A stretch of 64,000 bases of DNA from NCBI GenBank assembly GCA_013239625.1, contig MU054187.1:15578941-15642940 (forward strand). The letters run 5' to 3'. This DNA is from Lama guanicoe (taxonomy: Eukaryota). The position numbers were made by a program, and so were the translations under genes. The notes under the pieces are model-generated. The model ran no database searches and was not told the origin of the DNA. It saw nothing but the letters and a program-made list of their open reading frames with translations. Numbering within the stretch: position 1 is the first letter of the stretch; every line of letters begins with the position of its first letter. Positions 1-13,425 of this stretch are shown here, one piece after another.

Positions 1-1834
1 CAAAACATAGTGTAACAATTTCATAAAACATAGTCTAGCAATAAACAGATCTTAGCATCCTTACATCATAAAATGTGGGGAAAGGGAGTTAACCATTTTT
101 TCCACACATTGCATTAGTCAATTAACACTCTACGTCATTTTTATAAATTCTGCTATAAAAATCTTTGTCTTTTTAAAAAATAGTTTACAAATACGTTGTC
201 TACATTAGATTATACTCTCTTACCAGAAATATTTGACTTTCTTCAAGAGAATCCAATAGTGGCCAATCACAAATGAATGCCTGTTATAAGCATGTTAAAT
301 GGCAGTAATTTTTATTTTCTTCTTATAACACTGTCCTTTATTCATTTCTTTTAAAAATAATAAAATAACTTTGAATAGTCATGCATGCTAATTATGAATA
401 ATTATGAATTATGCTAATTTTGTGACTATATCATATCCTTGTTAAATTTACTACTAGCATCAAAGAGTAGTACCATTGTATTCGATTTTAATAGTTGATT
501 GACTTTCTCCCATTGTCGATTGGAAGGCCAAAGGAATTGTTGCTGTTGCTATAGAAACATTTAAAAAACAATATTGTCCCATGTGATACACAGAACCATC
601 ATAAATTAAATGCACCATCTGTTGCTGATTAAATGAAATAACCAGTTTAAAAGCACCACAAAACATATAGAAGCTTCAGAAAACATATTTTTTACTACAA
701 ATATAAGAGCTATAAAATTTGATCCCAGAAAAAAAAAAAAAAAGAAAGAAGGAAACCACAAAGTCCTTGAATTCCCTCTGAGATTAAGTTAGAATCCAGA
801 TCTTCCTGAATTCAATTCATTTTGCATCAGATCTTTAGCTGATCTGGTTTCCCAAAAGATATAAGTTTCGCTTTCATAATTCATTCCCAGTTTGGCCTGG
901 AGTAAGATAGCTTACCTCCACATTCCTGGCAAGCAACATTTCTTTGCTGGAAGAAAATTTCACCTCTTAACTGAATGTTTGGCTAGAGATCAGGAAAAAA
1001 TAAGATCCGATTTCTTTTACACTTGACTTCCTTTTTCATATGACCCTTACACAGAATTGTCTTTATTCTTCGCTCTATCAGCTGTAATATAATAAATTAT
1101 GCCAGTTCCTGTTGATCTAGCACCCTTAGGAATTCTTAAACATATTCCATATTAATGTATCATTTTGTTCATTGAAACCTACTAGCTTGAGAATTCATCT
1201 CAAACAAAGGTTATGAAATGTATTTTCTTTACTTCCTAAGAGGCCCAACGTACCAACTGCCTTTAAACTGGAATTTGATTTTCCAGGCTTCTAACCAGTG
1301 CCAATTGTTCCTTCTTTACAATTTTGCTGAGTCCTCAGTTTTAGCCTCCTCTCTTTTTGCCTCCTGGGCATGCAAATTTTCCTCGTCCAGTTTTTAAATT
1401 GCTTTGTTTGCTTTGTTTACACACGTTCACAAATCTTGCAACTCACCTTCCCTTCTCCCCTCCCCACTTCTTTGAGCAGCCTGGTCAACAAGGGAAGTCA
1501 TGGAGGAAGGAGGTAAGAAATCTCTGGATTCTAAAGCGTGTTTGCATGAAGAGAAGAGTTATAAATGATCCAGTTTAATGTTAGGTCCTTGCTCTGCCAG
1601 TTGATGAAAGAGAGAATTGAACTATCCATGTAAAATGAATAAAAAGTTTACATTATGCCCGTCTTATGATTAAGTAAGAAAAACATACTGAGAAGAATGG
1701 TGTTTAATAAAATTTACCAGTTGTTGAAATGACACAAATACTTTTTGGTTGACAAAGTAGAATACAAGAGCTCATATTACATGGGAGACCTTATGTTATT
1801 GCTTATCTCAGATATTTAACTGTCTATTCTATAC

Positions 1835-1945
1835 TGTATGTATGTATCCCCTATCTATCCATCTATCTGTCTGTCTGTTTATTAGTCTATCTGTCTATCT
1901 GTCCATCCATCAATCCATCCATCCATCCATCCATCCATCCATCTT

Positions 1946-1988
<43 letters not shown>

Positions 1989-2004
1989 GTCCGTCCATCC
2001 ATCC

Positions 2005-2041
<37 letters not shown>

Positions 2042-2104
2042 CCTATCTATCTATCTATCTATCTATCTGTCTAACTGTCCGTCCATCCATCCATCCATCC
2101 ATCC

Positions 2105-2137
<33 letters not shown>

Positions 2138-2152
2138 ACTGTCCGTCCATCC

Positions 2153-2153
<1 letters not shown>
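1835..2153. repeat. Compound (TCTA)n/(TCCA)n/(TCTG)n microsatellite (GATA/GGAT on minus strand)
   Basis: Directly visible tetranucleotide arrays; explains ORF 1842..2138. Confidence 0.98.
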
Positions 2154-2213
<60 letters not shown>

Positions 2214-2257
2214 TCCTTCCTTCCTTCCTTCCTTCCTTCCTTCCTTCCTTCCTTCCT

Positions 2258-2333
<76 letters not shown>

Positions 2334-2336
2334 TCA
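2154..2336. repeat. (TTTC)n(TTCC)n(TTTC)n pure polypyrimidine microsatellite
   Basis: About 180 bp of only C/T; explains the KERK ORFs 2131..2337 and 2135..2353. Confidence 0.98.
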
Positions 2337-2557
2337 TCTATCAGCGAGGACACAGTGCTCCACTACTAATTTTATGTACCCTTATGGTGTCTAGTACAAT
2401 ATCTTAACATTGCAGGCTGTTAGATCCTTGTTTAGTTGGTTTGAAGTGAGTTTTAATTTTTAAAACAGAAGAACCTTTTGAAGATTCAATAGGAACAAAG
2501 GTCTATGAAGTGTTTCCATCTGAATGTTTGGAGTGAGAAGGAAAATAAAGAAATGGG

Positions 2558-3232
2558 TCTGTCAGGGTTTAGTCAGGAAAACAGTGATTACACCAGCTAA
2601 TTTAATGGAGAGAATCTAATGCAAGAAATTGGTTAAACCAGTACTGAAAGAATTACAAAGGCAAAAAACAAACAAAACTGAGATAACACAGAGATAATAA
2701 ATTTCACGGGGCAGCCTTCACTGTAGGGCTGATGGAACAAAAGGGGACAATTGGTCATTAGACGCTAGGAGATTGAAGCAGGCTTCCCATGGGGCTGAGA
2801 CCCAGAACCTCTAAGGAGAGATGATGTCCAGTGATGCTGGTACTTCAGGAACTTTGAACCTCCACCTCTGAGGACCTGAGCACCAGCTGGCTGGTGCTAG
2901 TATCTCTGATCTGGCTGTTTAAGATGCAAAACAGAAAAGCAAACAAAAACAGAAAGTGGAAGTTTCTAACAGAAAGGTAGTTACCACTGGAACTAACTGC
3001 GGCTGCCTGAGGAGGATGAAGGGTCCTCCCTTAGGTGGCAGTGGCAGGAGCAGCAGGCGTGCTGGAAGGAGCAAGCCCCTTCTCCTTCCGTCATCCTTCC
3101 AGCCTCTCCCCGTTGGCAGAACCCACAAAGACTGCTTGCAAAGTAAAAATGTAGCTTGCTGAGTGCCAACTTCAGATTCACAGAACAGAATGTGGAGGGA
3201 GGGCCATGAGACAGTGGGTTCATGACCAACAC
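2558..3232 (-). mobile_element. Old ERVL-class solo LTR (LTR33-like)
   Basis: Starts tgtcagggtttagtcaggaaaacag and ends ...ttcatgaccaacaca (TG...CA); resembles the remembered LTR33-type consensus. Confidence 0.6.
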
Positions 3233-3819
3233 AAGAAAATAGAGAATCAACGCAAGTGAGAGAATGTGCTACGTGACAGGAGCAAACTGTCAGGTGTGTG
3301 GTGCTGGGGAGGCTGAGAGGGCACCTAGGAAACACCAGAGGTTAGGACTTGCCCTTCGTAGAGCCTTGGCCACTGGTTCAGACTTCTGTCTCCAGATCAT
3401 TGGTGTCACTGTCCTTGTCTAATGCCTTCAGTGCCTCCTCACTGGCTGTTGACTGAAATTCAACTGTTGTACCCTTGTGCACATTTCCCTTCATGACCTG
3501 GCTCTCTCCTTCCTTTCCAGTCTGATCTTCTTTCCCTTACAAGGGCACTGGCTCCAGTTACCTAAAACCATGTACAGTCCCCTGAACTTGACACGTGGAT
3601 GCATTGAACACGTTATTCTCTCTTTCCAGTATGCTCAAAACAGAACTGAATTGTCCCCTCCAGGTGAGCCCTGTCTGGGGAGCCCTGTCTTCGTTCCCAC
3701 CCTGATCAAGGGTCTGCACCACTCGTTTTAACTTTTCTGATCTCATGTCATGCTTCCCTCTCCCTAGCCCACTGTGCACGAGCCACACTTGCCCCTATGT
3801 TCTTGTGTACGGATTTGGC

Positions 3820-4168
3820 AATGGCTTTTGCCTTCCTTGGAAGCGTCCTTCCCCAGGTTTCCATAAGACTCACCCCTCACTTCCTTTAAACCTTTGCTCA
3901 AATGGCACCTTCTCAATGAGGTTTTTCCTAATCATAGTTAAGACAATTCCAGACCGCAAATGTCACTGTTTCTTATTCTCCATCCCTTTCCTTGCTTTAT
4001 TTGTCTACATAGTGTCCTTACCACTTTCTAATATACTATATAACTTATCTCATAATATCCGCTCCATGAAGACAAGTTTTTAGTCTCTTTTGTTTACCAT
4101 ATGCCCACAGCACCTGGATAGGGTCAGCCACATGCTTGGTCTCAGAAAATATTGTTGAATGAATGAAT
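3820..4168 (+). mobile_element. L2 LINE 3' end
   Basis: cacagcacctgg...aaatattgttgaatgaatgaat terminus typical of L2. Confidence 0.75.
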
Positions 4169-4872
4169 CGAGACTGAATAAGACATTGCAGAGCACTGGG
4201 GTGCTGAAAGATGTTCACTGCCAAAGAAAGGTAAATGAAGCATGAAAGCAAAAAAGGCTGGTGGATTTAGTGATTTTGTGGTCACTGGTGACTGTCAAGA
4301 GATAAGTTTTAACAGGAAATAGAAATCATATTTTCAAAAGCCTGAGGAGAGAGTGAGTGTTAAGGCAATGAATACGAACTCTTTTTTTCCCCCCAAAGAT
4401 ATTATTCCTTGAATATACAGAAAGACACGGAAAAAAGTTATTAATTTTTTAAGCAGAGAATTTGGGACTATTTTTAAGTTGAAGAGTTATACAAAATAGG
4501 AAGTTGATAGTTTACGAAACACATTTTTGAAGGAAAAGGAGGCAGTTGGTTGAGAGCATAATTAACATGGTTATGCTTAAAAGATAAATACTCATTCTCC
4601 TCTGAAACTGGAAGAAAGCAGGAAAAGTGAAGGTAAAAAGTTTGTTTTTTAGGGGTAGGAGGAGAGTTGCAGAATGCCTGTGGATGAAACTGATTTATGT
4701 CGTCTAGTTGTACCATCCGGTGGGAAGGAGAGGGCTTGCGTTCTGCAGCCACAGCAGGACCAGCAGGGACCCCCGGGGGCAGGAGCACGAGGCCCAGGAC
4801 ACCGGCCCTGCTCGAAGGCTGTGGGCTGAGCACAGCCACATGGCTCCTCTGCTTTCGGCAGCAGCGTTTCAC

Positions 4873-4920
4873 AGGGCAAGCGCAGGACTAGGGCAAGCGT
4901 AGGACTAGGGCAAGGGGACT
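4873..4920. repeat. 17-bp tandem repeat AGGGCAAGCGYAGGACT, about 2.7 copies
   Basis: Copies at 4873-4889, 4890-4906 and a partial copy at 4907-4920. Confidence 0.9.
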
Positions 4921-7739
4921 TGCGTTTGTTGATGTCGCTTCTGAGTTGAAGAAATGGCAAGATTGTGAGAGCAGCTGGTAGAATCCAGGCCAGTATGGAT
5001 TTAAGCTTTTCTCTAGGACTTGGCAAGTAGACAGAGAAGAGGAAGGAAAGGGAATACCTGTCATTTGCTTAGGTTTTTGAGGAACACAAGACGTGTGGTA
5101 GGGAAGATCCAGCTTTCATTTCACACACTTAGTAGAAAGAATAGTACGACAACATTAATAAGGTAAGAGATGTCCTTTCAAGTTAAGCCAACTCGTGAAA
5201 GAGACAGATGGCTGGTCTGCAAGGAGAATTGGAAACAGGACTGGCAAAAGGGAATAAAAGCTGAACGGAGTGTAGGTGAAGTCAGACTTCTGAGGTGGTG
5301 ACCGAGGTCACAGTGATGAAGAAAGCAAGTCTTCTGTGAGAAGTCTTGAGGGAATTTAGGAAACAGCTGATCTCAGAGTAATGCATTCGGAAGATGCATT
5401 TGTTCAGTGTGGTGATTACTATGTGCGACCTTAGCAGTCCCTACATTTACTTCTCCTTTCACCTTGTGAGGCAAACAAGCGATTCTGTAAAACTCAAGGG
5501 ACATGGCCAAAACATCAGCCTGTTAAAGTCACTTTCTTTTCTTTTTTTTGAGAGTAAGAAATGCATTTATTAAAATATATGATTTCTGTGATCATCTGCT
5601 TACTGGTTACTTTCAAACAGATTTTAAATTATTAACTAACATTATTGAAGTGTTTGAGCTTCTGAGATTTGTGGTGGATACAAAATATAAGGAGATTAAA
5701 GCAATGTTGATATTCCAAAGACTGAATAGAGAAATTAGTTTACATCTGTATAAATCCCTGGGTTCTTTATCAGATGCTCTTCAGTTTTTCTTTTTATATC
5801 AAATTCTGAATATTTGGGGCCACTAAATTCCCTAGTGTTTTAAATGCTCTGCTAATATATTTAATTTTCTCATGTATATCATTTCAACTTTTCAAAATAA
5901 AGTTTAAGAAATAAAACGTAGTTGATCATCTTACAGACTGAGAATATACAAGCTTTAAGAAGGATACAATTAAGAACTGTTGATAGAAAACAGTATTAAA
6001 TCTACAATTAAAAAAAATTACTATGAAAGCTCTGAATTTTTGAAGTCACTATACTCTTAGGCTAGTTATTTTCCATAGCTATGTATTACCATGGTTTGGT
6101 GGATTCTCATGTCTTTAACATTTTAGTCACGCTATTTATTGTGTCTGGTAACATATCATGCCTAGCATTACAGTATTTTTACTTCTTTTGATCTAATTAA
6201 GTTCACTTAGGGAAATTCTACAAATAAAGCCTTCACAATGGGTATCATGTACAAAACATTTTTAACCGTCTATGCTTGGATGATAAAACATCTGTGAACT
6301 GCTCATACCTGAACAGTTAGAAATGCCCTGAAGGCTGTTAGTGTTGTTTATGAATGGTTATAAATAATGCAAACCATCCTTCCTTGTCATGGTACTTAAC
6401 TAAAAATTTAATAATATGTAATTGAGAATCTACTTATTTTTTAAGTTTTTAGTTTTTAAACTGTTTCCTTACTGTAATTCATTCAGGTTATAGTATTTTG
6501 GAATTCAAGTGGAAAATGTCAAAAGGATTCTAAAAACTTCATGAGCATTGATAGTTTACAAAATTCCTTGCTTTTCATTTGACGGCAGAAACATTCATGT
6601 GGGCTAAACCTGCTGAAAATAGGATGAAATATACATATAAACCATGTTTTAGTTCAGGCACAGTTCCTCCTGTGGACTATTCTGGATTCAGCCATTTCTA
6701 AACAAGTATATTTATACTATTAATCCATCAACCACATCTTCCCATTAACAGAATTTTATATACTGAAGAAACATGCTCTTCAGAAATGTACTTAACTTTT
6801 AAACGAGCCCCCCAGTGCTTTAAAAGTACTTTCTTTATCGATGGAAGAATCTAAATAGCATGCCAAACTGTACATAGTCAGCATACGTATGCAGGATTTG
6901 CTTTGATTTGGTTATGACAGTTGAACCAGGCTAATCATTTATGTATCTGCTGTATGACCTGTAATGTCACCTAATATTTCCTCACTGTGTTTGGAGCTTT
7001 GGAAAGACATGCTACCAGGATATAATACTTCTCTGTAGGGTAAATGTTGACTTTCTCGTTAAACTCCCCTAACTTGCAACTGTGAAGCATCTTTGAAAAT
7101 GTATGACAGTTAATGTAATGAGACTGTAAAGAAGCTCTTAGCCACAAGAAAACTTTTTGTGAAGTTTTTTTGTTTGTTTGTTTTGTTTTTTAAATATAGT
7201 GGGTGCTCAGCAAACATTTGTTTAAGAAATGTTTCTTGACAGGGAGGGAGAATTAAACATGTGTTTGAGAGGGAGAGAGAGAAGACTAGGGAGGCAGGGA
7301 GAGAGGGAGGGAAGGGGACCAGCCTTTTCTCAGCATTTCCAGCAAAACCCTGAGAGAAAACTTTGATTGGATCAACCAAAGTCACTTGACTACCTTTAAC
7401 CAATCATGGTAGCCAAGGAAATCAAATGCTTAGCCGTATTCATATAAATTCCTGTGTTTTCTTTAGAATCATGTAGATCTCCAAACAGTAATCTGGCTGC
7501 TGGGAGAAGAAGAGGGAATGGATGTTGAGGAGGCTATCAATAAAGGAATTTTTTAAATGAATGTAATGTAATTATAATTACTTGGATTCTAATCAAGAAG
7601 GACAATCATGCACTTTCAAAGTTCTGTGATGCCCTTCTCAGACCTACAGGTGCTTTATGCATCTGTCTATTTGACCAAAGACTCCCCCTCATCAGAAAAC
7701 ATGCTCCACGAAACCCTGTCTTTTTCTTCTTGTGGCAGT

Positions 7740-7816
7740 TGATCCATTGTATCCCCAAGGCTTAGCACAGTGGCCAGAGCACATGAAGAGCTCAGTATAT
7801 ATTTGAATGAATGAAC
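7740..7816 (+). mobile_element. L2 3' terminal fragment
   Basis: tgtatccccaaggcttagcacagtg...tatttgaatgaatgaa. Confidence 0.75.
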
Positions 7817-8639
7817 AGAATAAATCTTAGGTACCCATACAGCATACTTTCTGTTATATTCCAAAATATATTGTTAGAATCAAAACTAACATCTGAAGAA
7901 TTTTGAAAGACAATTTTAATGGAAATTTATTTAAAAAATCTTAAAAAATAATTCTATTACCCCGTACGTGCATCCATAGAGAACTGTTTCCCTAGGCTCT
8001 GGCTACATGACCACAGGTCAGATGGATCAGTGTTGAAAAACTAATTGAACAGTTCAGCCAGTCTGATTTGCTGAGGGCTGTTTAATACATCACGAGTTCC
8101 CTACTGCTGAGTAGAGGCATATAGATGAGTCATGATTCACTGCGCCACGGCGGCTTTCAGATTTTTCCAATTCTCAGTCTGGTCCTCAAACCATGATATT
8201 TGATATTCCCAAGCATCATACATTACTCACCAAAAGTCTGAGAACAGCAGGAGTTATACCCATACTTAGGGATCTATCCACTGCCCTTGGGCAAATACAG
8301 GTTGAAAGCAAGCACAGTTCAGAGTCAATGGACGTGGCTTTCCTGTTGTGTTTTCTGACTGTAAATTTAGTTGTTTACATTCAGTAGTTTGAGGTGATCA
8401 GTTTAACACCTTAAACAAAATTGTTTCTGGGAAAAAAAATAGTTAAAGTCTAAATGTAATGCTTTTAGTCAGACAATAAAGCAAGAGAATCAGAAAGAGG
8501 ATTCAATCATCATGTGCTGGTAGAGTTCACATAAAGCCAGACTGGTTTGCTCACACTTGGAAGTCAGCCTCAGGATAGTGTTTTATTAAAAGAACTGAGT
8601 CCAGCAATAGCACCAGATTAATTTAAAATAAATTGTCTA

Positions 8640-8832
8640 GTAACCTAGGTGGGATCCTCGAACAGAAAATAGACATTAGCAAGAAACTAATGACACTTGA
8701 ATTTTGTTAATTAGGTGAGACAAACGTACCATAGCAACGTAAGGTGTTAACAAGAGGAGAAACTGGGTGTGGAGCATATCTGTACTATCTTTGTAACTTT
8801 TTAAATGTAAAATTATCTAAAATAAAATTATG
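8640..8832 (+). mobile_element. Old L1 (L1MC/MD-like) 3' UTR fragment
   Basis: gggatcctcgaacagaaaatagacattag...tgtactatctttgtaacttttt...aaattatctaaaataaaa. Confidence 0.6.
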
Positions 8833-9134
8833 TGTTTAAAGCAAATTGCATTGAAGTTACTCTCAAAAATACCAAAGATTCCACTTATTATACTTGCCAA
8901 AAATGAGTGAAATTTAACATTTTTCATTGCTTTTGCCTTAGTATCTCACATATCATATCTGCCTTGTAGGTTTTTCTCTAAAGGTTACAGGCAAGCTGTT
9001 GGCTGGGGTTACAGGAGTCTAAAGACTGGATTCAGGCTGAAGAACCAAAGTAGCTCAGTCGCAAGCCTGGCACGTTAATGGTTGTGGACGGGAGGCCTCA
9101 TTGCCTTGCCTCACGATTCTCTCCATAGGACCAT

Positions 9135-10000
9135 TTTTCAGATTGGCTATTAGATATGCTCTTAAAATATGTGTATTCTACAGTTGTTGGATATGGTGTC
9201 ATAAATACACATGAGCCCAAGCTTTTTATTTGTATTGCTCAAATCATCTGTCATCTTATTTTTTAATTTTAAAATAATGTACAACATACACATAATAAAG
9301 CTTATAAATCTTGAAATCTCACAAATGTGTACATCCATGTAGCTACCACACATATTAAGAAACAGAACATGACTGACAACCAGAAATCTCCTTAAGGCCC
9401 CCTCTGAGTCACTGTTTCCCCAGAGGGAACTCTTCTTATGACTTTCATCACTGTAGTGTATGTAGTGTATTTTTCCTGTTTTTTTTTTAATTACATAAAT
9501 AAAATCATGTAATATACACTCTTTTGTACCTGGCTTCTTTTGCTCAGTTTTATGGATTTCAGTCACGTTCTTGCATATGACAGTAGTTCACCCTCTTTTG
9601 TTACTGAATAGAATTAGCTATATGTTTGCATGAAAACTTGTTTATTTTTTAGTTACTAATGTCCATTTGAGATATTTACTTTGCAGCCCTTACAAAGAAT
9701 GCAAGTATAAAACTTTATATATATATAGATACAGTATACAGACACAGTTCTATAAACCTATGTAAACTAGGATAAAAATGCTGTGTTGGAGGTATGAATA
9801 TTTTTAATTTGAGAAGCATTTCCAAATATTTTTTCCCAAGTGATTTTGCCAACCTGTATTGTTTGCAAAAGCATATGAATGTTCCAGGTGTGCCACAACC
9901 TCACCAGCCTTTGGTATCAATAGTTTTTATATATTTAAAAAGTTTAGTCCTTCTGATGCATTGCCTAGTAGAATTCATTTTAATTTTAATTTGCATCTCC
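9135..10000 (-). mobile_element. Old L1 (L1ME-like) 3' fragments
   Basis: aatcatgtaatatacactcttttgtacctggcttctttgctcag and ttttaatttgcatctccttgat motifs typical of antisense L1M 3' regions. Confidence 0.7.
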
Positions 10001-10009
10001 TTGATATTT

Positions 10010-11765
10010 AGCCAGAGTTGCTGGTACAGACTCTAGGTTGGTTGTTTTTTCTCTCAACACTTTAAACATTTCACTCTATTCTATTCTTCCTTGAATGGTT
10101 TCTGAGAAGAAGTCAGATGTAATTCTTATATTTGTCCTTTTATAGATAAGGTGTTTTTTTCTTCTGTCTTTTTTTCGAGATATTTTCCTTATCTTTGATT
10201 CTTTTGTAGTTTAAAAGTGATATACCTATGTGTGGTTTTCTTGGCATTAATCCTGCTTGGTGTTCTATAAGCTTCCTGAGCCTGTGATTTGGTGTCTAAC
10301 ATCAATTTGGGGAAATTCTCAGTCATTATTTCTTCAAATATTTCATCGGTACCTTTCTCTCTTATTTCTCCTTTGGTGTTTCCGGTATGCATGTTACACA
10401 TTTTATTGATGTCCCACATTTGTTGGATATCCTGTTCTGTATTTTTCAGTCTTTATTCTCCTTGATTTTTAATTTTTGGGGCTTCTATTGAGATATCCTC
10501 AAGCACAGAGATTCTTCCTTGAGCCATTTGACTTTAATGAACCTGTCAAGGATATTTTTCATTTCTGTTACAATGTTTTTTGATGCCTAGCATTTCTTTT
10601 TGATTTGTTTTTAGAACATATCTCTTTGCTTACATTGCCCATCTGTTCTTGCATGCTGTTTACTTTTATCTGTTAGAGCTTTTATCGTATTAGTCTTTAA
10701 TATTTATATTCCTGGTTTCATAATTCCAACATCCTTGCCATAGGTTATCTAAGTCTGATTCTGATGCTTGTCCTGTCTCTTCAAAGTGTATTTTTGCCTT
10801 TTAATATGCCCTGTAATTTTTTCTTGACAGCCACACATGATGTACTGGGTAAAATGAACTGTGACAAATGTGGTAGTGAGGCATGGGGTGGGAGAAAGCT
10901 TTCTATAGGCTTACAGTTAGGTCTCAGGCTCTTAATGAGCCTGTGCCTCTGACCATAAACTTCACAAGTGCTTCTTTCTTATCCCTTCTCTCCCCCATTA
11001 AGTGGGACATGACGGTTAGTATGTGCTGGAGTTGGGTGTGTCTCTTCCTCTGTGTAGAAGGCTAGAGTTGGCTGAAGGTGGGTATTTTCCTTCCTCAGGG
11101 CAGGTGAATCTGTGATAGAACCCCACTAGTTCAGACTATGGTAAAGTAGCTTCTCCTGAGTGTATGACTTGTTAGGAACCTCTTAGACATTATGCTAAGT
11201 GAAAACAGCCAGAACAGAAAGACACTGTCACGATGTCATGTGTATGTAGAACCTGAACAAGTAGAACTCATAGTAACAGAAGGTAGGATGGTGAGTACCA
11301 GAGGTTGAGGGTGGAAAAAATGAAGGATAATGGTCAGAGGGGACAAAATTTCAGTTATAAGATGAATCATTTCTGGAGACCTAATGTGCAGCATGGTGAC
11401 TACATACAATATACAGCATATTATACACTGTATTTTGTATTCAAGAATGTATATATGAAATTTGCTAAGAATGGCTTGTCCACTCTGAGACTCCAGCACT
11501 TTGTCGGTTACAGTGCATGTTTTCCTATGCCGGCGTGGTGCCTGTGGGGGTTTTTGCTCAGAGGGTTTCTGCTCTGGTAAATGGTGTTCTCTGTAATCTC
11601 CTGCCTGTCTCTCTAGTTAGGGGGGCAGCACTTTGCTCTGTGACCTCACTTCTCTGATGGATCCAAGAAGAGTTATTGTTTTTTCAGTTTTTTCAGCTTT
11701 TTACTTGTTGTTAGGATGGAGTGACAACTTCCAGTCTCTTTACATGCTGGGCCAGAAAGTATAAC
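10010..11765 (-). mobile_element. Old L1 5' UTR + ORF1 remnant (L1MD/MC-type), interrupted at about 11180-11470
   Basis: ORF 10189..10419 (EIFEEIMTENFPKL...QEAYRTPSRINAKKTTHRYITFKL) is recognisable L1 ORF1p; colinear with the copy at 28520-30050. Confidence 0.9.
11180..11471 (+). mobile_element. L1MA-type 3' UTR fragment nested in older L1
   Basis: gacattatgctaagtgaaaacagccaga...aaaatttcagttataagatgaat...gaaatttgctaaga. Confidence 0.85.
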
Positions 11766-12936
11766 TCACCCTGCTTATGCCTTTCACTTCACTTTATTCA
11801 TCTGTACTTCTCCTCCAGGCACACTGACTGAGTAGCAGTTTCTCTGATGTTCTCTGCTCTTCGTATGGTTACATCAGAGGTGAGGAAACTCTTGTCAAGA
11901 AAATTCACTTTTAAAGAGAAAAGAGAGAGTGTTTGTTCATGGAGAAATAATGATGAGACTAGGGTCATGATGTGATGAATTGATTAAAGAGTGAAGAGAG
12001 ATGTTGAAGGTCCTGGGCGAAGAGAATACAGCTGATGGGGCAAGACCCAGAAATAAAGTGAACCTGACCCCACTTTCTTCTGAGGATGGCAGACATCTAG
12101 ACATCTCATTATTCCTAGGCAGAGATTACTGTTTATGATTAGAGAGAAAAGAAATCAGAGGCTCAGAGGGGCTAAGTGACTTACACAAAATGATAATGGC
12201 CAGTTAGTGTAAGAAGATTCTTATGGATCAGATACACTAGTGACTGTCAGAATTCCATTTTAAACAGTTGACTGCCGCACGGAAACATGATGCCAAAAAG
12301 CTCCATTCACCATGAGGTCTGTCCCTTAGAACCACTGCTGATTTTTCAGAAGTGAAGTTAGTCCTACGGGGTTGTTTTTTAACCAAATTGACTCTGTCAG
12401 AAATATTTTTAAGAAAGTCGTTAGGCCATCCTATGCCTAGTGCTATGGTTTCAGTTTGGGCCTTCATTCTACAAAGCCATTGCTTCTGAACATGAAAGAA
12501 CTTTTATACTAAGCACCATTTCATCTTAATTATTTTGGACATGATATAAATATACATTTACACACAGGAAAGTAAGGAATGGCATTTTATTTCAAAACAA
12601 TCATGGTGTAAAATGAAATAGATATGAAAAATGAGAAAACTGCATTCTAATACTAGAGGAGCAGCTGAAACCACAGCACTTACTAAATACCCTTGCTTTT
12701 GCAAAATACAGATGAAATTGTGCAGGCACGAGATGCAATGAATTAAATAATATATCAACTAAGTACTATTAAACCATATTTAAATATACTCTCCTGGATT
12801 GCGAGAGTGAAGTTCAGAGTGCACACCAGGAAAGGCAGGTTGTTTTGAACTAGTTGCATGGTCCTTACGTAAAGTATGCTTTGCTAATGCATTTGCTTTT
12901 GCACAAAGGTTCGTTCTAGACAAAGGAAGATTCTAA

Positions 12937-13425
12937 TGTGGCATCCCTTGTTTTTGTGTATGTGTTTTGCTTTATCGCGCTTCACAGATACTGCATTTTT
13001 CTTAACTGAAGGTTTGTGGCAACCTTGTGTGAAGCAAGTCTATCAGCATTATTTTTTCAATGGCATTTGCTCACTTCATGCCTCTATCACATTTTGGTAA
13101 TTCTCACAATAGTTCAAACGTTTTCATTAATTTTATATTTGTTATGGAGATCTGTGATCAGTGTTCTTTGATGTTACTGTTGCAGAAAGATTGATTTATT
13201 GAAAATTCAGATGATGGTTAGCATTTTTTAGCAATGAAGTATTGTAAAATAAAGACATATATGTTTTTAGATGTAATTCTATGTCTTTGCACACTTACTA
13301 GACTTCAGTATAGTGTAAATATGTACTGTGAAACTAAAAACTTTGTGTGACTCACTTTGTTGCAATAACTAGTATTTTTTGTGGTGGTCTGGAACTGAAC
13401 TGGCACTGTCTGCAGGGTACATCTG
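12937..13425 (+). mobile_element. Non-autonomous Tigger1 derivative (Tigger1a-like, TcMar-Tigger)
   Basis: Tigger1 left end (gctttatcgcgcttcacagatactgc...gaaggtttgtggcaacc) joined to right end (gtggtctggaactgaac...atctg+TA). Confidence 0.88.

Noticed and set aside
460..666. 68-aa minus-strand ORF at window start
   Set aside because: No recognisable homology, non-ATG start, no clear splice signals.
1842..2353. ORFs of SIYL/SIHP and KERK repeats
   Set aside because: Translations of tetranucleotide microsatellites.
3024..3045. Additional CTCF-like motif CCCTTAGGTGGCAG
   Set aside because: Several core mismatches and inside an old LTR; much weaker than the two reported sites.
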